From Patescibacteria group bacterium (lineage in GTDB: Bacteria; Patescibacteriota; Patescibacteriia; Patescibacteriales; UBA12465), in contig JBBACQ010000001.1 of NCBI GenBank assembly GCA_041656935.1, positions 93,459 to 157,458 on the forward strand: a stretch of 64,000 nucleotides of DNA, in the 5' to 3' direction. Shown one piece after another: positions 54,444 to 63,103 of this stretch. Position 1 is the stretch's first letter, and each line of letters opens with the position of its first letter. Under the pieces are notes generated by a model that worked only from the letters and a program-made list of their open reading frames with translations, did not search any database and had not been told where the DNA came from. The position numbers were made by a program, and so were the translations under genes.

Positions 54444-55625
54444 TTATTTAAAATTTAAATTTTTAAATTTTGGATTTTTTAAACCATCCGGTAAATACTT
54501 TTGATCAGAGCTATCCATCTCCGGAGTATATTTATAATTTTTACCATAATCTAAACTTTTCATCAATTGAGTACTAGCATTTCTTAAATGCAAAGGAACT
54601 GGGAGCGAACCACTCTGATTTATTTCATCTAAGGTAATATTATAGGCCTTATAAACAGCAATACTCTTTTTAGATTTAGCTAAATAAATTACACATTGAG
54701 CTAAAGCTAAATTACATTCCGGCAAACCAATCTTAGCACAAGCTTCATGGGCTGAAGTAGCCAACATTAAGGCGCTATTATTGGCTAAACCAATATCTTC
54801 ACTAGCAAAACGAATCAAACGACGTGCGATGAACAAAGGGTCTTCACCTGATTCAATCATTCTAATTAACCAATAAAGAGAGGCTTGGGCATCCCCACCG
54901 CGCATTGATTTATGTAAAGCTGATATTATATTATAATGTTCTTCCCCATTTTTATCATAATTTAATTTTGGCTTATTGGCAATATTTTTAATTAAACTGA
55001 TGGAAATTTCTTTTCCAGAATTAAAAACGTCTTCTAAAATATTTAAAGCTCGACGAGCATCACCTCCGCTAATTTGAGCTATAAATCTAGCTTCTTTATC
55101 CTTTATTTTAATCTTTAATTCCTTGCCACCTCGATGAATTATTTTCATTAAGGCCTGATCGTCTAAACTTTCTAACACGATAGTTTTTAATCGAGAGAGC
55201 AAGGCCGAATTAATAGCAAAACTAGGATTCTCGGTAGTAGCACCAATCAAAATTAAAAGACCATTTTCAATATAGGGTAAAAGAGCGTCTTGCTGACTTT
55301 TATTCCACCGATGAATTTCATCAACAAAAAGAACGGTTCTCCCCCCTAAGCGTTTACTCGTTTCGGCTTGCTTTATAATTTCGCGCAAATCTTTTAAACC
55401 ACTATCAACCGCCGATAGAGCTTTAAACTCAGCCTTGGTTTCTTTGGCAATAATAAAAGCTAAGGTAGTTTTACCAGAACCAGGTGGTCCCCAAAAAATT
55501 AAAGAAGTAACCTGATCTTTTTGAATAACACTTCTTAACCAGGTTTCTTTACCAATAATTTTTTCTTGACCAAAAAAATTGTCTAAACTTTGTGGGCGAA
55601 GCAAAGTCGCCAAAGGAGTTTCCAT
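54444..55625 (-). CDS. rarA: replication-associated recombination protein A (AAA+ ATPase)
   Basis: FWGPPGSGKTTLA, LFVDEIHRWNK, MgsA C-terminal region HYNIISALHKSMRGGD. Confidence 0.9.
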   Translation of the reverse strand: METPLATLLRPQSLDNFFGQEKIIGKETWLRSVIQKDQVTSLIFWGPPGSGKTTLAFIIAKETKAEFKALSAVDSGLKDLREIIKQAETSKRLGGRTVLFVDEIHRWNKSQQDALLPYIENGLLILIGATTENPSFAINSALLSRLKTIVLESLDDQALMKIIHRGGKELKIKIKDKEARFIAQISGGDARRALNILEDVFNSGKEISISLIKNIANKPKLNYDKNGEEHYNIISALHKSMRGGDAQASLYWLIRMIESGEDPLFIARRLIRFASEDIGLANNSALMLATSAHEACAKIGLPECNLALAQCVIYLAKSKKSIAVYKAYNITLDEINQSGSLPVPLHLRNASTQLMKSLDYGKNYKYTPEMDSSDQKYLPDGLKNPKFKNLNFK

Positions 55626-55647
55626 TTTTTTAAAAAATTAAAAATAT

Positions 55648-58188
55648 TTATTTCTCTTCTACTAATTTATTATTTTTATTTCGATAATACATTAATTTAA
55701 CAATCTCAGAACAAACAATATAAACAATTGCTACTCCAAATATAATTATTAAATGCTTGACACTCGGAGCGGTAAAATGGAAAAATTTCTGACCGAAACT
55801 AGTAAAAGGAATAATAACAGTAATAATAACAGCCAAGCCAGTTAAAAACAAAACCATAAACGATGGTCGGTTGCCTTTGAAAATTGGTTTTTTAGTTCTA
55901 ATAGAAAATAAAAATAATAACTCAGTAATAATACTAGAAATAAACCAATTGGTCTGCAAAACTTCGGGAGAAATCCGATAAAACATAGCAAAATATATAA
56001 AATCAAAAATTGAACTAACCACTCCTAAAATTATAGCAATGATTATAATATCATTAATTTTATACTTCTTCGGAGAGAGCAATTCTTCTTTATCAACCTT
56101 ATCAGTCGCGATAGCAATCATCGGAAAATCTGATAATAAATTTAATAATAAAATCTGTAGGGGCAACATCGGCAAAAAATCTATTAATAAAGAAGCTATA
56201 GCAACGGCATAAAAATTACCAAAATTAGAAGCTAAGGTCGCTTTTATGTATTTACTACTATTAGCGAAAATCTTCCGACCCTCTTTAACCCCTTCAATAA
56301 TTACATTTAAATCATTAGCTAACAGAACGATATCGGCTGTTTCTCGAGCAATATCGGAGGCGGATTCTACGGCCAAAGACACACCGGCCACTTTAAGAGC
56401 CGGAGCATCATTTATCCCGTCTCCTAAATAACCGATACTATATCTTTCTTGAAGAGATTTGATTATATCAAATTTCTGTTCGGGCAAGACACGAGCAAAA
56501 ACTTGATACTCATCTAAAATCTTATCTCTCTCCTCCTCTGATAACCCAACTAAATCTTTTCCTAAGAAAACTTTTTTAGGATCATCTATTAATCCAATTT
56601 GATAGGCTACCGAACCGGCTACCTCGGGGCTATCACCGGTAATTATTTTAATTCCAACATTTAATTCTTTAGCATCTATAATCGCCTGGCTAACAGATTT
56701 TTTAATAGGATCGGCCAAAGATATTACTCCTAAAAAATCTAAATCCTTTTCAAAACTAACTAAATTATTTTTTAAATCATCTAAGGCTATCTCTCTAACA
56801 TCTTTTTTAGCTACCGCTAAAACTCTTCGCCCTAAATTTCCTTGTTCTAAAATCCATTTTTTAATATTTTCTATCTCCTGGTCATTTATATTACCACACA
56901 AATCGAATAAAGCTTCTGGGGCCCCTCGAACAATAAAATCAACCTCATCTTCTATTTTCACTAAAACATTATTCCTCTGTCTTTGAGGATCAAAAGGAGT
57001 ATCAAGAATAAAACTAAAGGCTGATAAATCTTTTTTATCTTCGTCATCCATCTTCTCCAACAAAGCAATATCAAAGGGTTCTTTATTATTACTGGAGCGA
57101 GACGAAGCCAAATTAGCATAGAGTAATATTTCTTTAACTGAGGAAGAGGAACTATAGAAATCTAGCACTGTTAATTTATTCTCGGTCAGGGTTCCAGTTT
57201 TATCAGAACATAGAATATCAATGTTCCCCAAATCTTCAACCGAAGAAAGTCTTTTAACTACTACTTTTTTCTTAGCTAGATTCATCGCTCCTTTAGAAAA
57301 AGAAAAGGTCATTACTAAGGGCAAAGCCTCCGGAATAACAGATATCGCTAAAGCAATAGAAAATATTACCAACTCTAAAATATTTAATCCCTCTTTTAAA
57401 AAAGCATTAAAAACGAAAACGAAAATTAAGGTTACTAAAACCAATTTTAAAATAAAGGAGGAAAATTTGGAAATCCCTTTTTCAAAATCGCTAACTTTTT
57501 TAGTTTGCGAAGTTAATTTAGTAACACCGCCTAAAAAAGTATCTGCTCCTGTGGCTATCACTATCGCCTTAGCCTTACCGCTAGCTACTATTGTTCCAGA
57601 AAAACATAAATTAGAAGAGGAGAAAAGATCAATATTCTCTTCCATTATAATTTCCCCTTGCTTAGAGGTTAAAACAGATTCTCCAGTTAAAATTGACTCA
57701 TCTATACTTAAATCATGCGACTCAATGATTCTTAGGTCAGCGCTAATCTTATCGCCGGTTTCTAAGATAACAATATCTCCTTTCACTAAATTTTCACTAT
57801 CAATAAATTTTTCTTGACCATCACGAATTACTCTGGTCTGAATCTTTATATATTTCTTCAATAATTTAACAGTGTTCTCTGAGCGATATTCTTGAAAAAA
57901 ACCCAAAAGAGTATTAATAATTATAAAAAGTAAAATCATTGACCCTTCAATCTCCTGCTTTAGAAGAAACGACAAGGCTGAAGCCACCAATAATAAAAAA
58001 ATAAAAGGAGATTTAAATTGCTTTAGAAGAATTCTCCACCACTTTAAATCTTTTTCGGGGATATTATTCCAACCATACTTATTTATTCTAATTTGAGACT
58101 CAGCCGAACTCAACCCTTTATCAACGTCAACTCCTAATTCCAGGGCAATATCGCTAGAATCTTTTTTAGAAAATTTTAAAATTTCCAT
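55648..58188 (-). CDS. P-type cation-transporting ATPase (P2/P3-like)
   Basis: CSDKTGTLT, TGDS, GDGINDAPAL. I prefer the start at ATG 58188 (MEILKF...), which is preceded by AGGA; the track start at 58248 adds 20 aa. Confidence 0.9.
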   Translation of the reverse strand: MEILKFSKKDSSDIALELGVDVDKGLSSAESQIRINKYGWNNIPEKDLKWWRILLKQFKSPFIFLLLVASALSFLLKQEIEGSMILLFIIINTLLGFFQEYRSENTVKLLKKYIKIQTRVIRDGQEKFIDSENLVKGDIVILETGDKISADLRIIESHDLSIDESILTGESVLTSKQGEIIMEENIDLFSSSNLCFSGTIVASGKAKAIVIATGADTFLGGVTKLTSQTKKVSDFEKGISKFSSFILKLVLVTLIFVFVFNAFLKEGLNILELVIFSIALAISVIPEALPLVMTFSFSKGAMNLAKKKVVVKRLSSVEDLGNIDILCSDKTGTLTENKLTVLDFYSSSSSVKEILLYANLASSRSSNNKEPFDIALLEKMDDEDKKDLSAFSFILDTPFDPQRQRNNVLVKIEDEVDFIVRGAPEALFDLCGNINDQEIENIKKWILEQGNLGRRVLAVAKKDVREIALDDLKNNLVSFEKDLDFLGVISLADPIKKSVSQAIIDAKELNVGIKIITGDSPEVAGSVAYQIGLIDDPKKVFLGKDLVGLSEEERDKILDEYQVFARVLPEQKFDIIKSLQERYSIGYLGDGINDAPALKVAGVSLAVESASDIARETADIVLLANDLNVIIEGVKEGRKIFANSSKYIKATLASNFGNFYAVAIASLLIDFLPMLPLQILLLNLLSDFPMIAIATDKVDKEELLSPKKYKINDIIIIAIILGVVSSIFDFIYFAMFYRISPEVLQTNWFISSIITELLFLFSIRTKKPIFKGNRPSFMVLFLTGLAVIITVIIPFTSFGQKFFHFTAPSVKHLIIIFGVAIVYIVCSEIVKLMYYRNKNNKLVEEK

Positions 58189-58276
58189 AAAATTATTCCT
58201 TATAAATATAATAGGATTATATAATAAAAAAAGGCCTTTGTCCATCAAAAAGCCCCAATTTTAGATATCTGAAATA

Positions 58277-59218
58277 TTAACTAATAGGAAATAAAAGCCT
58301 AAATTTAGTTCCCTCGCCTAAAATACTACTAACCGAAATTTCTCCCTTAAAATCAACCTCAACAGCGGTTTTCACTAATGATAAGCCAATACCACAATGC
58401 TGAGTTTCTGAACTGTTTTTAGAAGAAAAGAAGGGGTCAAAAATCTTTTTTAAATTAGCCGAAGATATTCCCACCCCATTATCTTTAATTATCAACTCAA
58501 TCTTATCTTCTTTTTTTTCTAAAATAACTATAATCTTTTTATCTTTATTATTTTTGGGGAAAGATTCAATGGCATTACTTATTAAATTAGTCACGATTTG
58601 GCTAAATTTTATAGAATCTCCAGATATCTTTATATTATCCCTAATTTTTAACTCCAGCTCAATATTATTCTTTATAAAATAAAAATTCAAAATAATTAAA
58701 GATCTCTTTATCTCCTCCGATAAAGAAAAAATCTTTTTTTCTCCGCCTTTTTGACATTGTTTTTTAAATGATTTTAATAAATTAACCGCCCGATTATTAA
58801 TATAAATAAATCTCTTAATTAAACCCTCAATTTTACTATTATTACCAATATTTTCCGAAACCTCGTTTAAAAGAAGGCTGGAGGTAGTTAAAATATTAGC
58901 TAAATCATGATAAACACCCAGAGAAATTCTGCTAGCCTCAATTAAATTATAAGAATCGGCTATCTTTTCGAAACATTCCTTAATTTTATCTGAAAAGTCA
59001 GCTTCCAGTTTTTTTAGTTTGTTTTTATTATCTTTTAATTTAGCTAATAAACAAAAAGACAAAAAATTAATAGCTGACAGTCCGACCAAACAAATTAAGA
59101 ATAAGGAAAAAAAATGATCATTTTTATAATAATTATAACAAGACCATAGGGCTAAAAAGATTAAAAAATTTAATAATATTAAACCAAAGAAAAACCGAAT
59201 ATATTTACAAACAGTCAT
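58277..59218 (-). CDS. membrane sensor histidine kinase (two TM helices, no obvious extracytoplasmic sensor domain)
   Basis: H-box LGVYHDLANIL; N/G boxes NLISNAIES, DNGVGI, GIGLSLV. Confidence 0.8.
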   Translation of the reverse strand: MTVCKYIRFFFGLILLNFLIFLALWSCYNYYKNDHFFSLFLICLVGLSAINFLSFCLLAKLKDNKNKLKKLEADFSDKIKECFEKIADSYNLIEASRISLGVYHDLANILTTSSLLLNEVSENIGNNSKIEGLIKRFIYINNRAVNLLKSFKKQCQKGGEKKIFSLSEEIKRSLIILNFYFIKNNIELELKIRDNIKISGDSIKFSQIVTNLISNAIESFPKNNKDKKIIVILEKKEDKIELIIKDNGVGISSANLKKIFDPFFSSKNSSETQHCGIGLSLVKTAVEVDFKGEISVSSILGEGTKFRLLFPIS

Positions 59219-59494
59219 AACAAAATTTAAAATTAAAAATTAGATAATTTCATTACTTAAATTATAAAATAATATTACCTTTACTATTATAAAATAAAGA
59301 TAAAAAAGATATAAACACAAGATAAAAATTGAGGAATAAATAAATGTCAGAAAGAGAGCAGAGTTTATTATTAAACAACTATTAACACTAGATTTGGATA
59401 AAATAAAATTGCCCGAAAGCAACAAATATTCTAAACCAGCTGATTAATATAAAAAAGTAATATTCTTAAAATATTGAAGACTATTCTAAATGTG

Positions 59495-59568
59495 AGCCGC
59501 CTGTCGGGTTCGAACCGACGACCTACTGTTTACAAGACAGTCGCTCTAGCCAACTGAGCTAAGGCGGC
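59495..59568 (-). tRNA. tRNA-Thr (anticodon UGU)
   Basis: Hand-folded cloverleaf: acceptor GCCGCCT/AGGCGGC, D arm GCTC/GAGC, anticodon stem ACTGT/ACAGT with loop CTTGTAA, T arm GTCGG-TTCGAAC-CCGAC. CCA is not encoded. Confidence 0.9.
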
Positions 59569-59573
59569 GAGAA

Positions 59574-59685
59574 TTCAATTATCAATTATCAATTACCAAT
59601 TATCAATTATTTAGTCGCGTGTCATATAACGAATTCGGGGGCTATACTCGGCAATTAATTGAAAATTGAAAATTGATAATTGAAC
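59574..59685. repeat. heptamer-repeat inverted repeat in the tRNA-Lys/tRNA-Thr spacer
   Basis: Five TCAATTA-type heptamers (59574-59610) face TTGAAAA/TTGATAA heptamers (59651-59685). The first 14 bp pair perfectly, giving an imperfect stem of about 27 bp. Confidence 0.7.
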
Positions 59686-59696
59686 ATTCACTAAAG

Positions 59697-59769
59697 TGCG
59701 CCCAGCAGGATTCGGACCTGCGACCTTCTGCTTAAAAGGCAGCTGCTCTACCAGCTGAGCTATAGGCGC
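59697..59769 (-). tRNA. tRNA-Lys (anticodon UUU)
   Basis: Acceptor GCGCCTA/TGGGCGC, D arm GCTC/GAGC, anticodon loop CTTTTAA, T arm GCAGG-TCCGAAT-CCTGC. CCA is not encoded. Confidence 0.9.
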
Positions 59770-59939
59770 AAATTTATCTAAATAAAACAAATTAGACCAA
59801 CGGTCTATTTATTTAGATTATAATTAAAAAATAAAAATAAATCAATAGTTTTTAGATTAACCATAAACTATGGATAAAAAGTGAATTAATAGTGGAAAAC
59901 AAACTTGATTTAAAAAAGCAGTTAAGATATTATATAAAC

Positions 59940-61325
59940 ATGTCAGAAAAAAATATAAACAACTTAGAGAAACTTCCTCCACAAAACATTGAGGCCGAAC
60001 AGTCGTTATTGGGCTGTTTATTATTGGATAAAGAGGCAATTTTCAAAATAATTGACATTATCCAAGCCGAAGATTTCTATCATAATAATCATAAATTCAT
60101 CTTTGAATCGATGCTTGATTTATTTAATAATCAAGAACCCATAGATATAGTAACCTTATCAAACCGGCTAGAGGAAAAAAAGATGATTCAAAACGTTGGT
60201 GGACGAACTTATTTAGCTCAATTATCGAACACCGTGGCAACCTCAGCCAATACTACTTATTATGCCAACTTAATTCAAAAAAAGGCTACTCTTAGAAGAT
60301 TGCAAGTTTCCGCTAGCGAAATAATGGACCTAAGCTTTGAAGAAGAAAGAGAAATTGATGATGTTTTAGACCAAGCTGAGAAAAAGATATTTGGCGTATC
60401 CAGAAAATATTTAAAAAATTCCTTTTTAGGTATCGATAGCTTATTAACCGAAGCCTTCGAAAGAATAGATGAACTGCATAAAAGAAGCGGAAATTTAAGA
60501 GGGCTTTCAACTGGGTTTTACGATTTAGACAATTTATTAGCTGGTTTACAAAAATCAGATTTAGTAATATTGGCCGCTCGGCCTAGTGTTGGTAAAACAG
60601 CTTTAGCCATGGATATAGCTCGCCAAGCAGCTATAAAAAACAAGGCAGGAGTAGGAATTTTCTCTTTAGAAATGAGCAAGGAACAATTAGTAGATAGAAT
60701 GCTCTGTGCTCAAGCTAATGTTAATTTATGGAAAATGAGAACTGGAAATTTGTCTGATAAAGATGAGGACAGCGATTTTTCAAAAATTGCCGATGCGATG
60801 GGACTATTATCAGAAGCTCCTATTTATATTGATGACTCCCCTAACATCTCAGTTATGGAAATTAGAGCTAAATCAAGAAGACTACAATCAGAAAAAGGAT
60901 TAGGTTTAGTAGTGGTAGATTATTTACAATTAATGGAAGGCCGAGGAAAATACAGTGATAATTGAGTTCAAGAAATATCCGAAATAAGTCGCGGTCTAAA
61001 AGGTATCGCCCGTGAACTGAATATCCCCGTTTTAGCCCTAGCCCAATTATCAAGAGCCGCCGAACAGCAAAGCGGACCAGCCATCCCTAAACTGTCTCAT
61101 CTCAGAGACTCCGGTTCTATTGAACAAGATGCTGATGTAGTAATGTTTATATACCGTAAGGCTGCCGATCGAGCCTATAATATCCAAGATCTCCCTATGG
61201 ACGAGAGATATAAAGCTGAAATCCATATCGCTAAACACCGTAATGGACCTACCGGAAAGATTGATTTGTTCTTTTCTGAAGAAACTGCTAGTTTCAAAAA
61301 TATCAGCAAAACTGGAGACAATTAA
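59940..61325 (+). pseudogene. dnaB: replicative DNA helicase DnaB, single frame interrupted by one in-frame TGA (60963-60965)
   Basis: PPQNIEAEQSLLGCLLLD..., Walker A ARPSVGKTALAMD, VVVDYLQLM, then TGA, then VQEISEISRGLKGIAREL...LAQLSR...LRDSGSIEQDAD...KHRNGPTG. Track ORFs 59892..60965 and 61143..61325 share the frame. The likely true start is ATG 59940. Confidence 0.85.
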
Positions 61326-61380
61326 AATTAATACAGTGGTTACTAACTCAAAAATATTATTTATAATTAAATAGAAAATT

Positions 61381-61656
61381 ATGTTCGGAAAATTAAAACA
61401 ATTAAAAGATTTACGCAGTCAGGCCAAAACTATGCAAAGTGCCTTATCAGAAGAAAAAATTGAAATGGAAAAAAATGGGATTAAACTAAGCATGAATGGC
61501 AATATGGAAATTACTGATTTAAAAATTACTTCCGATTTAAGCAAAGAAGAAATTGCTCGAACTAGTAAAGATCTTTTTAATGAGGCTATCAAAAAAACCC
61601 AAAGGATAATGGCCAAAAAAATGCAAGAAATGGGTGGTTTTCCAGGATTAAATTAG
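61381..61656 (+). CDS. ybaB: YbaB/EbfC family nucleoid-associated protein
   Basis: 91 aa: KQLKDLRSQAKTMQSAL...LFNEAIKKTQ...MGGFPGL; typical size and position next to recR. Confidence 0.85.
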   Translation: MFGKLKQLKDLRSQAKTMQSALSEEKIEMEKNGIKLSMNGNMEITDLKITSDLSKEEIARTSKDLFNEAIKKTQRIMAKKMQEMGGFPGLN

Positions 61657-61666
61657 AGAATAAAAA

Positions 61667-61686
61667 ATCGCACTTTTGGGTGCGAT
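61667..61686. terminator. terminator hairpin between ybaB and the convergent orphan gene
   Basis: ATCGCAC-6 nt-GTGCGAT. T6 follows on the minus strand; AAAATTTT follows on the plus strand. Confidence 0.6.
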
Positions 61687-61692
61687 AAAATT

Positions 61693-62022
61693 TTAAAAAC
61701 AGTTCGCCATTCTTAATACTTGAACTGAAATTTCTTTATCTTGAAATTTTTTATTTTTTGTTGTCAGATCAATTTCTTTTCTAATAATTTTATAATTACT
61801 CCCAGGAGTTAAAGAATTAAAGTTAGAAAAGGCTTTATTATATTGAGATGATTGCTGAGGTCCAATATATTTGACCTCCGACCCGTTCTTAGTATGTCTA
61901 AATTCCTCGAGGTTAATCACCCCCTTGATCTTTCTTCTTTTTCTGGAAAAAAAATTAATGGGCAAAGAGACCTCTTCTCCTAAATTATTCAAAATTACAA
62001 AACGGTCAAAATTGTTGTTCAT
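61693..62022 (-). CDS. hypothetical protein
   Basis: 109-aa ORF with a strong SD (AAGGAG) 7 nt upstream of the ATG and a terminator downstream. I recognise no family. Confidence 0.6.
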   Translation of the reverse strand: MNNNFDRFVILNNLGEEVSLPINFFSRKRRKIKGVINLEEFRHTKNGSEVKYIGPQQSSQYNKAFSNFNSLTPGSNYKIIRKEIDLTTKNKKFQDKEISVQVLRMANCF

Positions 62023-62083
62023 AGAATCTCCTTTGTTCTTTTATTGTTAAAGTAAAAATCTATTTTATATTAATATCTAAAAA

Positions 62084-62698
62084 ATGTCAATACAATATCC
62101 CCAATCTATAGAAAATTTAATAAAACAATTCTCTAAATTGCCTAGTGTTGGAAGAAAAACAGCCGAACGCTATGTTTTTTATCTATTAAATCAAAAAACA
62201 GACCAACTAAGATCTTGGGCCAAGAATATTAATGAAGTATCGGCCGGTTTAAAATTCTGCCAAAAATGTTTTAATTTATCAGAAAAAAGTCCTTGCCAAA
62301 TATGTTCTGATAATAAAAGAAAAGAAAATTTAATTTGTTTAGTAGCTAATCCCCAGGATTTAGTGGCGATAGAAAATACCAAACAATACGAAGGTAAATA
62401 TTTTGTTTTAGGCGGATTAATAAACTCTATAGAAAATTTTGGACCAGAAAAATTGAATATTAAAGCCCTAATTAAAGAAATAAATTCTAAATTAAAAAAT
62501 AATCAAAAAATAGAGATAATATTAGCCCTCAGTCCAACAATTGAAGGAGAGGCGACTTGTTTATACTTACAGAAAATTTTAAAAAATCCTAAAATAAAAA
62601 TAAGTAAATTAGCCCGAGGATTATCAACTGGCGCCAGTTTAGAATACGCTGATGAAAATACCTTAGCTAACGCCCTAAAATTTCGTAGAGATATTTAG
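62084..62698 (+). CDS. recR: recombination protein RecR
   Basis: LPSVGRKTAERYVFYL (HhH), CQKCFNLSEKSPCQICSD (Zn finger), Toprim region. Confidence 0.9.
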   Translation: MSIQYPQSIENLIKQFSKLPSVGRKTAERYVFYLLNQKTDQLRSWAKNINEVSAGLKFCQKCFNLSEKSPCQICSDNKRKENLICLVANPQDLVAIENTKQYEGKYFVLGGLINSIENFGPEKLNIKALIKEINSKLKNNQKIEIILALSPTIEGEATCLYLQKILKNPKIKISKLARGLSTGASLEYADENTLANALKFRRDI

Positions 62699-62703
62699 AA
62701 AAC

Positions 62704-62733
62704 AAAAAAGACTTTTTCCGAAAAGTCTTTTTT
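62704..62733. terminator. bidirectional terminator between recR and rplU
   Basis: AAAAAAGACTTTT-TCCG-AAAAGTCTTTTTT. Confidence 0.65.
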
Positions 62734-62745
62734 GTTTGAAAAATA

Positions 62746-63060
62746 TTAAGAAATTTTTTCTACTTTTATTTGAGTAAATTCTTGACGATGACCAACTGTT
62801 TTTTTATATCTAGTTTTACTCTTATATTTTACAACTAGAACCTTTTTATTTTTTCCTCTAGTTAAAACCTCAGCTTCAACCTTTTCTCCTAAAGATGGTT
62901 TGCCTAAATCAATAACACTCCCGTCGGTTTCGGCTGTCATCAAAGTTTCAAATTTCACCTTTTTTCCAGGTTCAGTGGAGAGTTTTTCTATTTTTAAAAC
63001 ATCACCCTCTTTAACCTTATATTGTTTTCCTCCTGTTTTAATTATTGCTATCTTAGCCAT
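62746..63060 (-). CDS. rplU: 50S ribosomal protein L21
   Basis: MAKIAIIKTGGKQYKVKEGDVLKIEKL...GHRQEFTQIKV. Confidence 0.9.
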   Translation of the reverse strand: MAKIAIIKTGGKQYKVKEGDVLKIEKLSTEPGKKVKFETLMTAETDGSVIDLGKPSLGEKVEAEVLTRGKNKKVLVVKYKSKTRYKKTVGHRQEFTQIKVEKIS

Positions 63061-63103
63061 AAATTTTTAAGTTATTTTTAATAACCATATAATAAAGGAA
63101 ACC

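Noticed and set aside
59240-59425. 61-aa hydrophobic ORF upstream of the histidine kinase
   Set aside because: It has a TTG start and no RBS, and it lies in an extremely AT-rich stretch where F/I/L/Y-rich frames arise by chance.
59574-59685. Replication origin, given heptamer iterons next to dnaB
   Set aside because: I saw no DnaA-box-like 9-mers (TTATCCACA family). There is no dnaA/dnaN context, and the repeats sit inside a tRNA-tRNA transcription unit.
60963-60965. Alternative genetic code (UGA as sense, e.g. code 4 or 25) explaining the dnaB TGA
   Set aside because: All other genes give full-length products under the standard code. TGA appears to terminate the GT2 gene (1969) and mreD (43751) at normal lengths. 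Known UGA reassignments give Gly or Trp, not the Arg expected at this position. A genome using UGA as sense would show many in-frame TGAs, and I found one.
60963-61020. Selenocysteine insertion at the dnaB TGA
   Set aside because: There is no convincing SECIS-like hairpin at the right distance; I found only a weak 5-bp GTTCA/TGAAC pairing. The position is a conserved Arg with no redox role.
60313-61238. Minus-strand ORFs 60313..60510, 60868..61053 and 61050..61238
   Set aside because: They are antisense to dnaB, whose frame is strongly supported by conserved motifs.
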